From Spirochaetia bacterium (GTDB lineage Bacteria; Spirochaetota; Spirochaetia; DSM-16054; Sediminispirochaetaceae), in contig JAXHMY010000002.1 of the NCBI GenBank assembly GCA_034520965.1, forward strand, positions 480,001 through 544,000: a stretch of DNA of 64,000 nucleotides. The letters are read 5' to 3'. Shown in pieces: positions 41,837 to 50,494 of this stretch. Under the pieces are notes generated by a model. It searched no databases. It was not told the origin of the DNA and saw only the letters and a program-made list of their open reading frames with translations. Made by a program: the position numbers and the translations under genes. Position 1 is the stretch's first letter. The number at the start of each line of letters is the position of its first letter.

Positions 41837-42718
41837 TTATGCGGTGTAAGACTCCAAGTGCATGCTTCGGGAAGGATGCTGAAGCCGCTTGATTGCTTTT
41901 TTCTCAATCTGTCGAATACGCTCTTTCGTCAAACTGTATTTGTCACCGATATCCTTCAAGGAGAGCGGTGTGCGCCCATTCAAACCGTAACGGTACTGAA
42001 TAATTTCGGCCTCTTTTTCGCTGAGTGTCTTAAGGACCTTATTGATATCATCCTTCAACGAATTTTCAAGTGCAACTTCCTCAGGAGCACGATAATCACG
42101 ATCCTCGATAAAATCACCAAGCTGGCTGGCTCCTTTGTCGGCGTACACCGGCGTTTCCAGGGACACCAGATCCTGGGAGATGTTAATAAGATTGGCCACA
42201 TGGTCTTTGTCCATCATGGTAGCTTGGGCAATCTCCTCAACCTCAGGTTCCTCAGCCTTGCCCGACTGCAGCTCCTTACGAGCTTTGTCAATCTGCACCA
42301 GTTCATTCGCCCGATTGAGGGGCAATCGAATCATGCGTGCTTTTTCACTAATCGCCTTCAGAATTGCCTGACGTATCCACCATACAGCATAAGAAATGAA
42401 GTGAAAGCCCTTATCAACATCGAAACGCTCGATTGCATTCATAAGGCCGATATTGCCCTCATTTATTAGGTCGGACAGGGGCAAACCCTGGTTCTGATAT
42501 TTTTTGGATACATTCACCACAAATCGCAAGTTAGCGTTTACTAATTTTTCCTTGGCCGCCTGATCGCCCTGGGCTGCCAGCCGTGCGTAATGGTTCTCTT
42601 CTTCACGGGTGAGAAGAGGTATTTTATTGATCTCTTTAAGGTAAAGAGAGATAATATTCTCATCATCAAAAGATGCGGCTGCCGTTGTAACTCTTTTCTG
42701 CTTTGTTTTAGTTTCCAT
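41837..42718 (-). CDS. group 2 sigma70 factor lacking region 1.1 (spirochete RpoS-like)
   Basis: YLKEINKIPLLT, ANLRFVV, DLINEGNIGL, YAVWWIRQAI, TKERIRQIE; 293 aa; sigma54 promoter upstream. Confidence 0.88.
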   Translation of the reverse strand: METKTKQKRVTTAAASFDDENIISLYLKEINKIPLLTREEENHYARLAAQGDQAAKEKLVNANLRFVVNVSKKYQNQGLPLSDLINEGNIGLMNAIERFDVDKGFHFISYAVWWIRQAILKAISEKARMIRLPLNRANELVQIDKARKELQSGKAEEPEVEEIAQATMMDKDHVANLINISQDLVSLETPVYADKGASQLGDFIEDRDYRAPEEVALENSLKDDINKVLKTLSEKEAEIIQYRYGLNGRTPLSLKDIGDKYSLTKERIRQIEKKAIKRLQHPSRSMHLESYTA

Positions 42719-42739
42719 CCTCGCCTCCTACCCTATATA

Positions 42740-42755
42740 TGCAAGAAGCGTGCCA
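42740..42755 (-). promoter_or_regulatory. sigma54 (-24/-12) promoter
   Basis: Minus strand TGGCACGCTTCTTGCA matches TGGCACG-N4-TTGCW, 21 nt upstream of the start codon. Confidence 0.9.
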
Positions 42756-43022
42756 TTTTTTTGTAATGATTTTATAATTTTTATTTTTATATAATGCAAT
42801 GATTTAGGTAAACTTTATTTATTTAATAATACTAACCCATTTGTTCTGTGGGTCATAATTACTCATCTACTGCGATATCACCAAAATACCTAGTAAAAAT
42901 GTCACACTTGCCCCGCAATACCCGCAAAAGCTGGGCCATAGGATAAGCTCATGCCTATTTTTGTCCGTAAACAGATGATTTTACTAAGCCCCTCGCCTGT
43001 CTTAAGCACATTTTTTGGCGTT

Positions 43023-43517
43023 TTAGGGTGCAAACAGCGCGGCGAAGTCAATTTGAAACTCAAAAAATAGCATACGTTTCTCCTGGGATTCCATGCCCTC
43101 TAAAATACCGGCCGCTTTTATCTCCTGCCAGTAGGCGTCAATTATCCGTATCACATTCTTTCGTTCCGCTTCTGAATAAAACAGATCCGCCTTTTTTGTA
43201 GAAAAATAGCGATATAGCTGAATCGACTTAAAGCTATGCCAATCGGCCTCATCCTGACTGGTCTGCCGTTTCAGCATCCCTCCAGCGGGACCATTCGGAT
43301 TAATTGTGGAGGCGGAGAACCAGCATTCCCGCGCATTATCATGGTACCCTAGCTTGTTCAAAGCCACACCGCAAAGGTAAAAGATCTCGCCCATTGCCCG
43401 CATATCTTTTGTCGGACAGGCCTGCAGGGCTTTTTCGAAACAATAGGCCGCATCCTTCGGGTTGTGCCGGGCTAAAAAAGTCTTTCCACGATTGGTGAAC
43501 ATAATCCATTGCTGCAT
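43023..43517 (-). CDS. small TPR-like hypothetical protein
   Basis: AAYCFEKAL, IFYLCGVALNKLGYHDNARECW. Confidence 0.65.
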   Translation of the reverse strand: MQQWIMFTNRGKTFLARHNPKDAAYCFEKALQACPTKDMRAMGEIFYLCGVALNKLGYHDNARECWFSASTINPNGPAGGMLKRQTSQDEADWHSFKSIQLYRYFSTKKADLFYSEAERKNVIRIIDAYWQEIKAAGILEGMESQEKRMLFFEFQIDFAALFAP

Positions 43518-43591
43518 ACTACTTCCTCTTCTGTGTTAAAAATACACATAATACTGGACACCGGCAAGCATACATTTTTTTAAGTTTCTGC

Positions 43592-43620
43592 TTGACCCGT
43601 CCCCCTTTCATTCGTATATT
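43592..43620 (+). promoter_or_regulatory. sigma70 promoter of groES
   Basis: TTGACC-17 nt-TATATT. Confidence 0.6.
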
Positions 43621-43685
43621 TTGATCGAAGTCCCTACACATGTTTTAATGTGCAAATTATTTAATTACTAATTCAGGAGGAAGGT

Positions 43686-43949
43686 ATGAAGATAAAGCCG
43701 CTTGGTGATCGAGTGCTTATCAAACTGGAGGAAGTCGAAGAGAAAACGGCCGGAGGTATTTTCATACCGCAAACGGCCCAGGAAAAAACGCAAACTGGTA
43801 CGGTAGTCGCGGTTGGTGATGACGAAACGATCAATGTGAAAGCAGGACAGAAGGTTATGTACGATAAGTACGCTGGAACCACTGTCAGCTCCGACAACGA
43901 AGATCATCTGCTCATCCGCTATGCTGATATTTTGGCGGTTATCGAGTAA
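43686..43949 (+). CDS. groES: co-chaperonin GroES (monocistronic)
   Basis: IKPLGDRVLI, KTAGGIFIP, YDKYAGT, DILAVIE. Confidence 0.96.
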   Translation: MKIKPLGDRVLIKLEEVEEKTAGGIFIPQTAQEKTQTGTVVAVGDDETINVKAGQKVMYDKYAGTTVSSDNEDHLLIRYADILAVIE

Positions 43950-43982
43950 ACTTACTTCAGAGTAATTGAAAGCTACAAAGCA

Positions 43983-44008
43983 GCTGCTCCTTAGGGGCAG
44001 CTTTTTTT
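43983..44008 (+). terminator. intrinsic terminator of groES
   Basis: gctgctcc-tta-ggggcagc followed by a T run. Confidence 0.75.
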
Positions 44009-44070
44009 ATGCCAATGGGTTCTATGGGAAGGTGCGTTGCACAGCCCCAGACTTAGGCATAGGAAAAACT

Positions 44071-46536
44071 TTAAGTTTTAAAAGTCTCGCCGGAAGCGCC
44101 CGCCGGGTAAAAAAAATCTTCCATGCCCTGCAGTACCTGGGCGCCGCTCTCTATTTTCTGTCCGGTCGGCGGCAGTGATCCCAGCAATATTTTTCCATAG
44201 CTCTTATGGACAATCCGCGAATCTAAGATGCATACCACTCCGCGATCAGTTTTACGACGCATCAACCGTCCGAAGCCCTGCCGCAGCTTCATTGCCGCTT
44301 GGGGCAAAGAATAGTTCATAAACGAGTTGCCCCCCCTCTTCTCAACCGCCTCCATCCGGGCCTGCACCACAGGGTCGGTGGGCACCGCAAAGGGCAGCCG
44401 GCAAATTATTACCAGCCGCAGCGCCTCTCCGGGGGCATCTACCCCTTCCCAGAAGGAGTCGGTTGCAAATAGCACGCTGGAGATATCCGAATGAAAATGG
44501 GCCATCAGTTTGGAACGCTCCTCTCCGCCCTGCTTTAGAACCGAGATCCCCTTCTCCTCAAGCCCCGGAGCTACCTGCGCATGGGTCTCCTGGAGCATCC
44601 GGTAGGAGGTAAACAATACCAGCGCGCTTCCTTCGGAAATTGCAAGACTTTTCGCTACAAAGGCGCCGACATACTCCTGATAGCCCGGTTGGCTTGGCTG
44701 GGGAGCGTCGTTGGGAATGGCCAGCAATACCTGTTTTCGATAGTGAAAGGGTGACTCCAGCTGCACCGTAGACAGGCGGTCCTGATACATTCCGTTCAAT
44801 CCAACCCGGCTCAACCAATACTGAAACTGTTTTCGCACAGTCAGAGTTGCCGAGGTAGCGATAACGGTTTTATGCGGCTCATAGACCGCCTCCTGCATAA
44901 GCTCGGAGATCTGCAGCGGGGTGCGAATTAAATTGCAGAAGGGCTCCCGCTTCGAGGTAAAGCCCTTCTCGATCCAGCAAATTGCATCTTCCTGTTCATC
45001 GTACCGCTCTATGGCACCCAGCACCTTTGCCTGCGAGGCCAGCCGTTCAATCACAATACCTGTTTCAAAGACCTCCGACTCCTGGGCATATTTCTCATCC
45101 ACCATCTCCATTCCTCGCTCAAGGGCGGAGAGCAGCTTATTCAGGGCGGTGTGCATATGCCGAATCGGATCAAGGGCTTCTGCCAACTGCTGCGGATCGG
45201 TACTCTGTTTGATCCAGAAATTACCGGCAGTATCCAGGAAAGAGAGCAGCTGGTCATCAAGTTTATCAGCCTCGCTGTGCAGCTCCTGCACCAGTGTGGG
45301 AATAGACTGGTATACCTCCTGCTCATCCGAGTACTTTTGAAGCTGCAGGGCAAGTCCGAAAGCCCGGTTATGTCTGCGGCTGTAGATGCGCCGCAGTTGT
45401 TTAAAAAGAGCAAACTTGTTGTAACGGTCCGAAAAAAAGCTGGTCGCACTTCTTTCAAGGGAGTGGGCTTCATCAAAAATTATATGAGCGGTCGGCGGCA
45501 GTACCGCCGTACTGTCAAATCCGGCCCCGTCCACTCGGGCAGCCAAATCGGAGAACAGCAGGTGGTGGTTTACTACAAGAAGGTTGGATGCGGCGGCTTC
45601 CCGACGGGACCGCAACACAAAACATCTATCACGATGGGGACAGCGCAGTCCCATACAGGCATCGGACTCCGAACATACCCGGCTCCAGATATCCTGGGAG
45701 GGAAAGAAGGAGAGATCATCTCGGCTGCCGCTGTCGGTTACTTCGGCCCACTTCTTGATGGCCTCCAGCTCGCTCTCCTCCTGGCTGAACAGGGCCATCT
45801 CTTCGATGGTATCTTCCAGCCGACGCAGACATACATAATTGCCGCGTCCCTTTACCAGCTTCGCATCGACCTGCTTTCCAAGCAGCTTTTCGGCCAGGGG
45901 AATATCCTTATCCAGCAGCTGCTGCTGAAGGTTGATGGTAGCGGTTGAAATAATTACCCGCTCGCGGTTTTGCAGTGCCCATGAGGCCGCCGGAAGCAGA
46001 TAGGCAAGGGATTTACCGACACCGGTTCCGGCCTCAATCACAGCCAGTTTATGTTCGTTAAAAGCGGTGCCCACCGCTTCAAGCATTTCTATCTGGGGCT
46101 CCCGCGATTCGTAAGAGGGAAATTGGGTGCTCATTACCCCGCCGGGGCGGAGAATATCGGACAAACTGCCCACAGCCAGGGGGGTTTTCGGCGCTTGAAG
46201 CAATGGTTCGCTGACACAGTACACACTTTTAAGCCGGTTATCGATAATGTAGAAACCGATTCCCTGATTTCCAAGCCGCGAGGCCACCTGCAGGTCGGCA
46301 TCGCTGGGACGCAAAACTCCGGAAGGGTGATTGTGAATTACCACATCTCCGCTCTCCATATATGGGAACAGCGCCGGTGCGGCGGCTTCATTACCGCGGC
46401 CGGCTGCATCTATCTCATCAACCAAACCTTCACTGTTCACCTTGCCGTAAAACAGTACTTCCTGCCCCTCTGCATCCTCAATAGCTGCTTTAATTGTTGT
46501 CATTACTTCCGGTGTAAACCGTTCTGCACTTTTCAT
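44071..46536 (-). CDS. DinG/YoaA-family helicase with N-terminal JAB/RadC-like domain
   Basis: IHNHPSG.L.PSDAD; EAGTGVGKS, KGRGNYVC, Fe-S cysteines, DEAH, LFTSY, QGFGRLMR. Confidence 0.9.
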   Translation of the reverse strand: MKSAERFTPEVMTTIKAAIEDAEGQEVLFYGKVNSEGLVDEIDAAGRGNEAAAPALFPYMESGDVVIHNHPSGVLRPSDADLQVASRLGNQGIGFYIIDNRLKSVYCVSEPLLQAPKTPLAVGSLSDILRPGGVMSTQFPSYESREPQIEMLEAVGTAFNEHKLAVIEAGTGVGKSLAYLLPAASWALQNRERVIISTATINLQQQLLDKDIPLAEKLLGKQVDAKLVKGRGNYVCLRRLEDTIEEMALFSQEESELEAIKKWAEVTDSGSRDDLSFFPSQDIWSRVCSESDACMGLRCPHRDRCFVLRSRREAAASNLLVVNHHLLFSDLAARVDGAGFDSTAVLPPTAHIIFDEAHSLERSATSFFSDRYNKFALFKQLRRIYSRRHNRAFGLALQLQKYSDEQEVYQSIPTLVQELHSEADKLDDQLLSFLDTAGNFWIKQSTDPQQLAEALDPIRHMHTALNKLLSALERGMEMVDEKYAQESEVFETGIVIERLASQAKVLGAIERYDEQEDAICWIEKGFTSKREPFCNLIRTPLQISELMQEAVYEPHKTVIATSATLTVRKQFQYWLSRVGLNGMYQDRLSTVQLESPFHYRKQVLLAIPNDAPQPSQPGYQEYVGAFVAKSLAISEGSALVLFTSYRMLQETHAQVAPGLEEKGISVLKQGGEERSKLMAHFHSDISSVLFATDSFWEGVDAPGEALRLVIICRLPFAVPTDPVVQARMEAVEKRGGNSFMNYSLPQAAMKLRQGFGRLMRRKTDRGVVCILDSRIVHKSYGKILLGSLPPTGQKIESGAQVLQGMEDFFYPAGASGETFKT

Positions 46537-46552
46537 TCCGTGATTATAGCTT

Positions 46553-46605
46553 AGCAATTCTAACTTTGAATAGTGCATTGAACTATTCAAAATTTAGAAT
46601 TGCTC
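46553..46605. mobile_element. about 53-bp single-hairpin member of the MITE-like family (copy C), 9-bp direct repeat TTATAGCTT
   Basis: agcaattctaactttgaatagt-gcattga-actattcaaaatttagaattgct between identical 9-mers at 46544-46552 and 46606-46614. Confidence 0.7.
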
Positions 46606-46644
46606 TTATAGCTTCTTATTGATTTTTTTTGTATGATGTGAGGC

Positions 46645-47529
46645 ATGGAATTTGGATTCTACAAGTTATTTATTGCCAACCACGACTACATCCTTATTAA
46701 CGCGTTTAATAATGAGATGCCCGAAGAGCAGCATACCGCCCCCCTGGTCCATCGTGTGTGCAACCGCCACGAAGGTATCGGCGGTATGGGGGTAATTTTT
46801 ATAAGCCCCTCAAATGAACAGAGTGCCTCCCTCTACTATTATTCGGCCGATGGGAACGAACAGACCCCGCCGATTGAGGTGTTGATGTGTGCCGCTCGTT
46901 ACGCTTTCGATTTTGGCCTGGTACAGCAGGAGGAGCTGATATTTGATACTAGTAGAGGATCCGAGCGGCTGCATTGCATTGACAGCTCACACTTCAGCTA
47001 CCGGGTAGGCATTCCCTTTTCAAAACCGGAGAGTCAAATTGTCCCAGGCAGCTCAATTGATTTCCAAGTAGGTCTGCAAACCCAGGGCCGCAGCATTCAA
47101 TCGACACCGGTGCTGTTCAGCCGGCCCTATGCGGCCATCTACTCCAGTAATTTTTCTACCCAGGACAGCGACAAGGTGCCCCGCAGTGTGCCGATAGCAG
47201 GCCAGGACCATACCCTGGTGTTGTATCAGGTACGCAGCAGTGAGGAGATCGTTTTCTCAGTACCGGTGACCATTACGGTGCTGCCCGATATTGTAGAGGC
47301 GGCGGCCGCCGCTGGGGTTGCCGCAGTGGCCAACGGGTTCTGCGATCGTGACCTCATTATCCAGCTCTCCACCGGGGGAAGGTTTTTCTTTGAATGGAAC
47401 GAGCGCAGTAAGAGCGTATATCTTGCGGGCACCCCCCATTACGCCTTCAGCGGCACCTATTCGTCCGATGATGATCAAAAGTTTTTTGACGGAGATTTTG
47501 ACGGAGAAGAGTATGGACCCTCTATTTGA
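46645..47529 (+). CDS. diaminopimelate epimerase (DapF)-fold protein, catalytic cysteines not evident
   Basis: F.K....NHDYILIN, VCNRHEGIGGMGVIFI, YSADG, GGRFFFEW, VYLAG. Confidence 0.65.
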   Translation: MEFGFYKLFIANHDYILINAFNNEMPEEQHTAPLVHRVCNRHEGIGGMGVIFISPSNEQSASLYYYSADGNEQTPPIEVLMCAARYAFDFGLVQQEELIFDTSRGSERLHCIDSSHFSYRVGIPFSKPESQIVPGSSIDFQVGLQTQGRSIQSTPVLFSRPYAAIYSSNFSTQDSDKVPRSVPIAGQDHTLVLYQVRSSEEIVFSVPVTITVLPDIVEAAAAAGVAAVANGFCDRDLIIQLSTGGRFFFEWNERSKSVYLAGTPHYAFSGTYSSDDDQKFFDGDFDGEEYGPSI

Positions 47530-47962
47530 ACGATTTCAACGCCTCCTGCGCTCCTACATTCGTTTCGGAGCGCCCTCGGATGAGTGGTTTGAACAATCGC
47601 ATGGCGATACTGATTATGGCGATACTGATTATCAGGAAGCCTGGAACGAGTTAGATGAATTTTTGCGAAACGGGAGTACTGCCAAGCAGACCGGCCGCGC
47701 CGGCCATACCGGACGAACTGCCGGCACCACAGAGCGACTGCCTCCCGAAGAGCTCCGTAAAGACTACTCCCTCCTGGGGGTTGCCTTCGGAGCCACATTT
47801 ACGGAGGTACGTAACGCCTACCGTAAACTGATACGCACCCATCATCCGGATCTGCATGCCTCCGATAGTAATAAACAGCGGGAAGCTACCCACACGTCGC
47901 AGCAGCTGAACACCGCCTACCAGCGCATAAAAGCATGGGAAGCGGCTAAACGCGGCGCCTGA
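47513..47962 (+). CDS. J-domain protein
   Basis: YSLLGV...VRNAYRKLIRTHHPD...LNTAYQRI. Confidence 0.88.
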   Translation: MDPLFERFQRLLRSYIRFGAPSDEWFEQSHGDTDYGDTDYQEAWNELDEFLRNGSTAKQTGRAGHTGRTAGTTERLPPEELRKDYSLLGVAFGATFTEVRNAYRKLIRTHHPDLHASDSNKQREATHTSQQLNTAYQRIKAWEAAKRGA

Positions 47963-47969
47963 GCAGTTC

Positions 47970-49328
47970 CTACTCCTCCAGCTTATACTCCTGGATTTTT
48001 CGATGAAGCGTCTTGCGACCTATCCCCAGCACATCGGCGGTACGTGACTTGTTGCCGTTTTCCCGGTGAAGAGTTGCGCGGATCATCTCCCGCTCGGCAT
48101 CCTCCATCGAACTGCCGACCTCGATTTTTATATAATCGGTGTCGGAACCGGAGGTCACCGTCGGTGGAAGGTCATCGTAACTGATGATATTGCCCTTTGA
48201 CATTACCACCGCGCTTTCAATACAGTTGCGCAGTTCGCGAATATTTCCCGGCCAGTGGTAATTATACAGGGCCAGCCGTGCCCGCGGATCAATACCCTCA
48301 ATATTCTTTTGGTTCTCTTCGCTGAACTCCTGCAGAAAGGCGGAAATGAGCAGGGGAATATCTTCTTTACGATCTCTGAGCGGGGGTACGTGAATATTGA
48401 CGACATTCAAGCGGTAAAACAGGTCCTCCCGAAAGCGACCCTCCTCGATTTCACTTTTCAAGTCGCGGTTGGTTGCTGAGACCACCCGGACATCAACTTC
48501 TTGAGTATGTTCGCCGCCGACCCGTTCAAACTTTTTATCTTGCAGAACCCGCAGGATTTTTATCTGCACCTGCTGATTGATCTCTCCAATTTCATCAAGG
48601 AATATTGTACCGGTGTGGGCTAATTCGAAACGGCCGCGCTTCATTGAAACGGCACCGGTAAAGGCCCCCTTTTCATGGCCGAAGAGTTCGCTTTCAAGCA
48701 GACTCTCCGCCAAAGCAGCACAATGGACCTTGATATAGGGGTTATCCCTGCGATTCGAAAGGGTATGCACCGCATCGGCTACCAGCTCTTTCCCTACCCC
48801 GCTCTCCCCGGTAATCAGCACACTGGCCTTGGTAGCGGCTACCTGTTCGACCATCTGCATAATCTTCTGCATCTGAGTGCTTTTGCCGATTATTGCTCCG
48901 GCGGTACGACGGCTCTTCAGCCGTTCAACCTCTTCTTTTAGGTTACGGTGCTGCAGAACCAGTTCCCGGTTAGACAGAGCCCGCTTGGCCAGCAGCGACA
49001 GGCGATCGAGATTGACCGGTTTTGTGACAAAGTCAAAGGCCCCGTTGCGCATCGCCTCAACAGCCGATTCAATAGTTCCATGGCCGGTGAGGATAATCAC
49101 TGGAATAGTAGGGTATGCCGAGCTAATCCGTTTCAGCAGCTCTTCTCCGGACATCTCCGGCATCTTAAGATCGGCAATAACCAGATCGACATGCTCCTCG
49201 TTTACCAGAGACCAGCCCTGCTTTCCATCTTCCGCCAGCAGCACCTCATAGCCGTCCATTTCAAGGGAACGGCCAAGACCCTCGCGGATATTTTTCTCGT
49301 CATCTACAATTAGAATAGAAAACTTCAT
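47970..49328 (-). CDS. sigma54-dependent response regulator (NtrC type, Rrp2-like)
   Basis: REC domain (IVDDE, DLKMP), [31 protein letters not shown], Fis-type HTH. Confidence 0.95.
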   Translation of the reverse strand: MKFSILIVDDEKNIREGLGRSLEMDGYEVLLAEDGKQGWSLVNEEHVDLVIADLKMPEMSGEELLKRISSAYPTIPVIILTGHGTIESAVEAMRNGAFDFVTKPVNLDRLSLLAKRALSNRELVLQHRNLKEEVERLKSRRTAGAIIGKSTQMQKIMQMVEQVAATKASVLITGESGVGKELVADAVHTLSNRRDNPYIKVHCAALAESLLESELFGHEKGAFTGAVSMKRGRFELAHTGTIFLDEIGEINQQVQIKILRVLQDKKFERVGGEHTQEVDVRVVSATNRDLKSEIEEGRFREDLFYRLNVVNIHVPPLRDRKEDIPLLISAFLQEFSEENQKNIEGIDPRARLALYNYHWPGNIRELRNCIESAVVMSKGNIISYDDLPPTVTSGSDTDYIKIEVGSSMEDAEREMIRATLHRENGNKSRTADVLGIGRKTLHRKIQEYKLEE

Positions 49329-50494
49329 TCCTCTTCACCTTTCCAATCAAGCAGTCGTTTCTCGCTGTCGGGTATCGGCAAGCTAATAGTAAAGGTAGTG
49401 CCTTGATTTTCCCGGGAGTGCACAGATACCTCTCCGTTATGTTCCCGAACTACCTTATACACCACCGTTAATCCTAAACCGGAACCGAACTCTTTAGTAG
49501 TGTAATAGGGCTCAAAGATTTTGGACAGCTGCTCTTCGGACATACCAATTCCGCTGTCGCTGATATCGATATGCACGTAACCTTGGTCCTCCCGGGTTAC
49601 GATTTTGAGGGTTCCCCCCTGGTTCATAGCAGCTACACCATTTTTTATTATATTTATCAAAGCCTGCTTCATGTACTTCTCGTCCAAATCAACCTTCGGC
49701 AAGTTCCGCTGCAGTTTGGTATCCAGCTTCACCTGGTTCTCTTCCAATTCGTACTTGATAAACTCAATTAGCTCTTCCACCACCCCGTTGACGGTGCTGC
49801 GCTTCATACTGGTATCCATCGGCCGTACCGCAAACAGAAAATCCACCACAATTCCATTCAGCCGCTCTATCTCTTCGGTAATTATTTCAAGGTATCGCCC
49901 GGCAGTCTCCTCATCCAGACACTGGTTCTGTTTAAGGGCTTTTTGAATCAGCTGTATGTGGATTCCAATTGAACCGAGGGGATTTTTTATTTCATGGGCT
50001 ACCCCCGCAGCCAGGGTTGTCAGTGAAGCCAGGCTCTCGGCCCGGCGCAGACGGGCCTCCCGTTTACGCCTATCGGTAATGTCGGAGACCAAAATGAGGT
50101 TTCCGTGGGGCTCATCATCCCGGTTAACCGGCACTACCGAAAAGGAGAGGGTTCGGTCCGGTCCACTTCCATCCAGGGTAAACTCCTCGTCTTCTTTTAG
50201 AGAATCCCCTTTTACGCTCTCCCTCAGAAACGAGGCGATTTCGTCATCCGCCACCGCTTCCCACAGCAGATGCTCCTCCGGTTCACTCCGCAGCATTGGC
50301 AGCAGCGAGTGAACACCCTGGTTAGTGAAAATGATTTTATGCTCCAGGTCGGTCACTAGCACTCCGTCGGTCATTGAGTTGAGCACCATTTCAAGGGTCT
50401 CGTTTTCAGAGGCTAAATCGCACAGCAGCGCGCGTATTTGTTCTTGATCCAGTTTAGAAAGCTTGTTGAGGGCTCGCTGGATAAATTTTCTCAT
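49325..50494 (-). CDS. cytoplasmic PAS sensor histidine kinase (Hk2-like)
   Basis: PAS segment, AHEIKNPL, NIIKNG, DSGIG, FEPYYTTK, GSGLGL; no TM segment. Confidence 0.93.
   Translation of the reverse strand: MRKFIQRALNKLSKLDQEQIRALLCDLASENETLEMVLNSMTDGVLVTDLEHKIIFTNQGVHSLLPMLRSEPEEHLLWEAVADDEIASFLRESVKGDSLKEDEEFTLDGSGPDRTLSFSVVPVNRDDEPHGNLILVSDITDRRKREARLRRAESLASLTTLAAGVAHEIKNPLGSIGIHIQLIQKALKQNQCLDEETAGRYLEIITEEIERLNGIVVDFLFAVRPMDTSMKRSTVNGVVEELIEFIKYELEENQVKLDTKLQRNLPKVDLDEKYMKQALINIIKNGVAAMNQGGTLKIVTREDQGYVHIDISDSGIGMSEEQLSKIFEPYYTTKEFGSGLGLTVVYKVVREHNGEVSVHSRENQGTTFTISLPIPDSEKRLLDWKGEEE

Noticed and set aside
43686..43949. groES without groEL
   Set aside because: Separate groES and groEL loci are usual in spirochetes; no CIRCE element seen.
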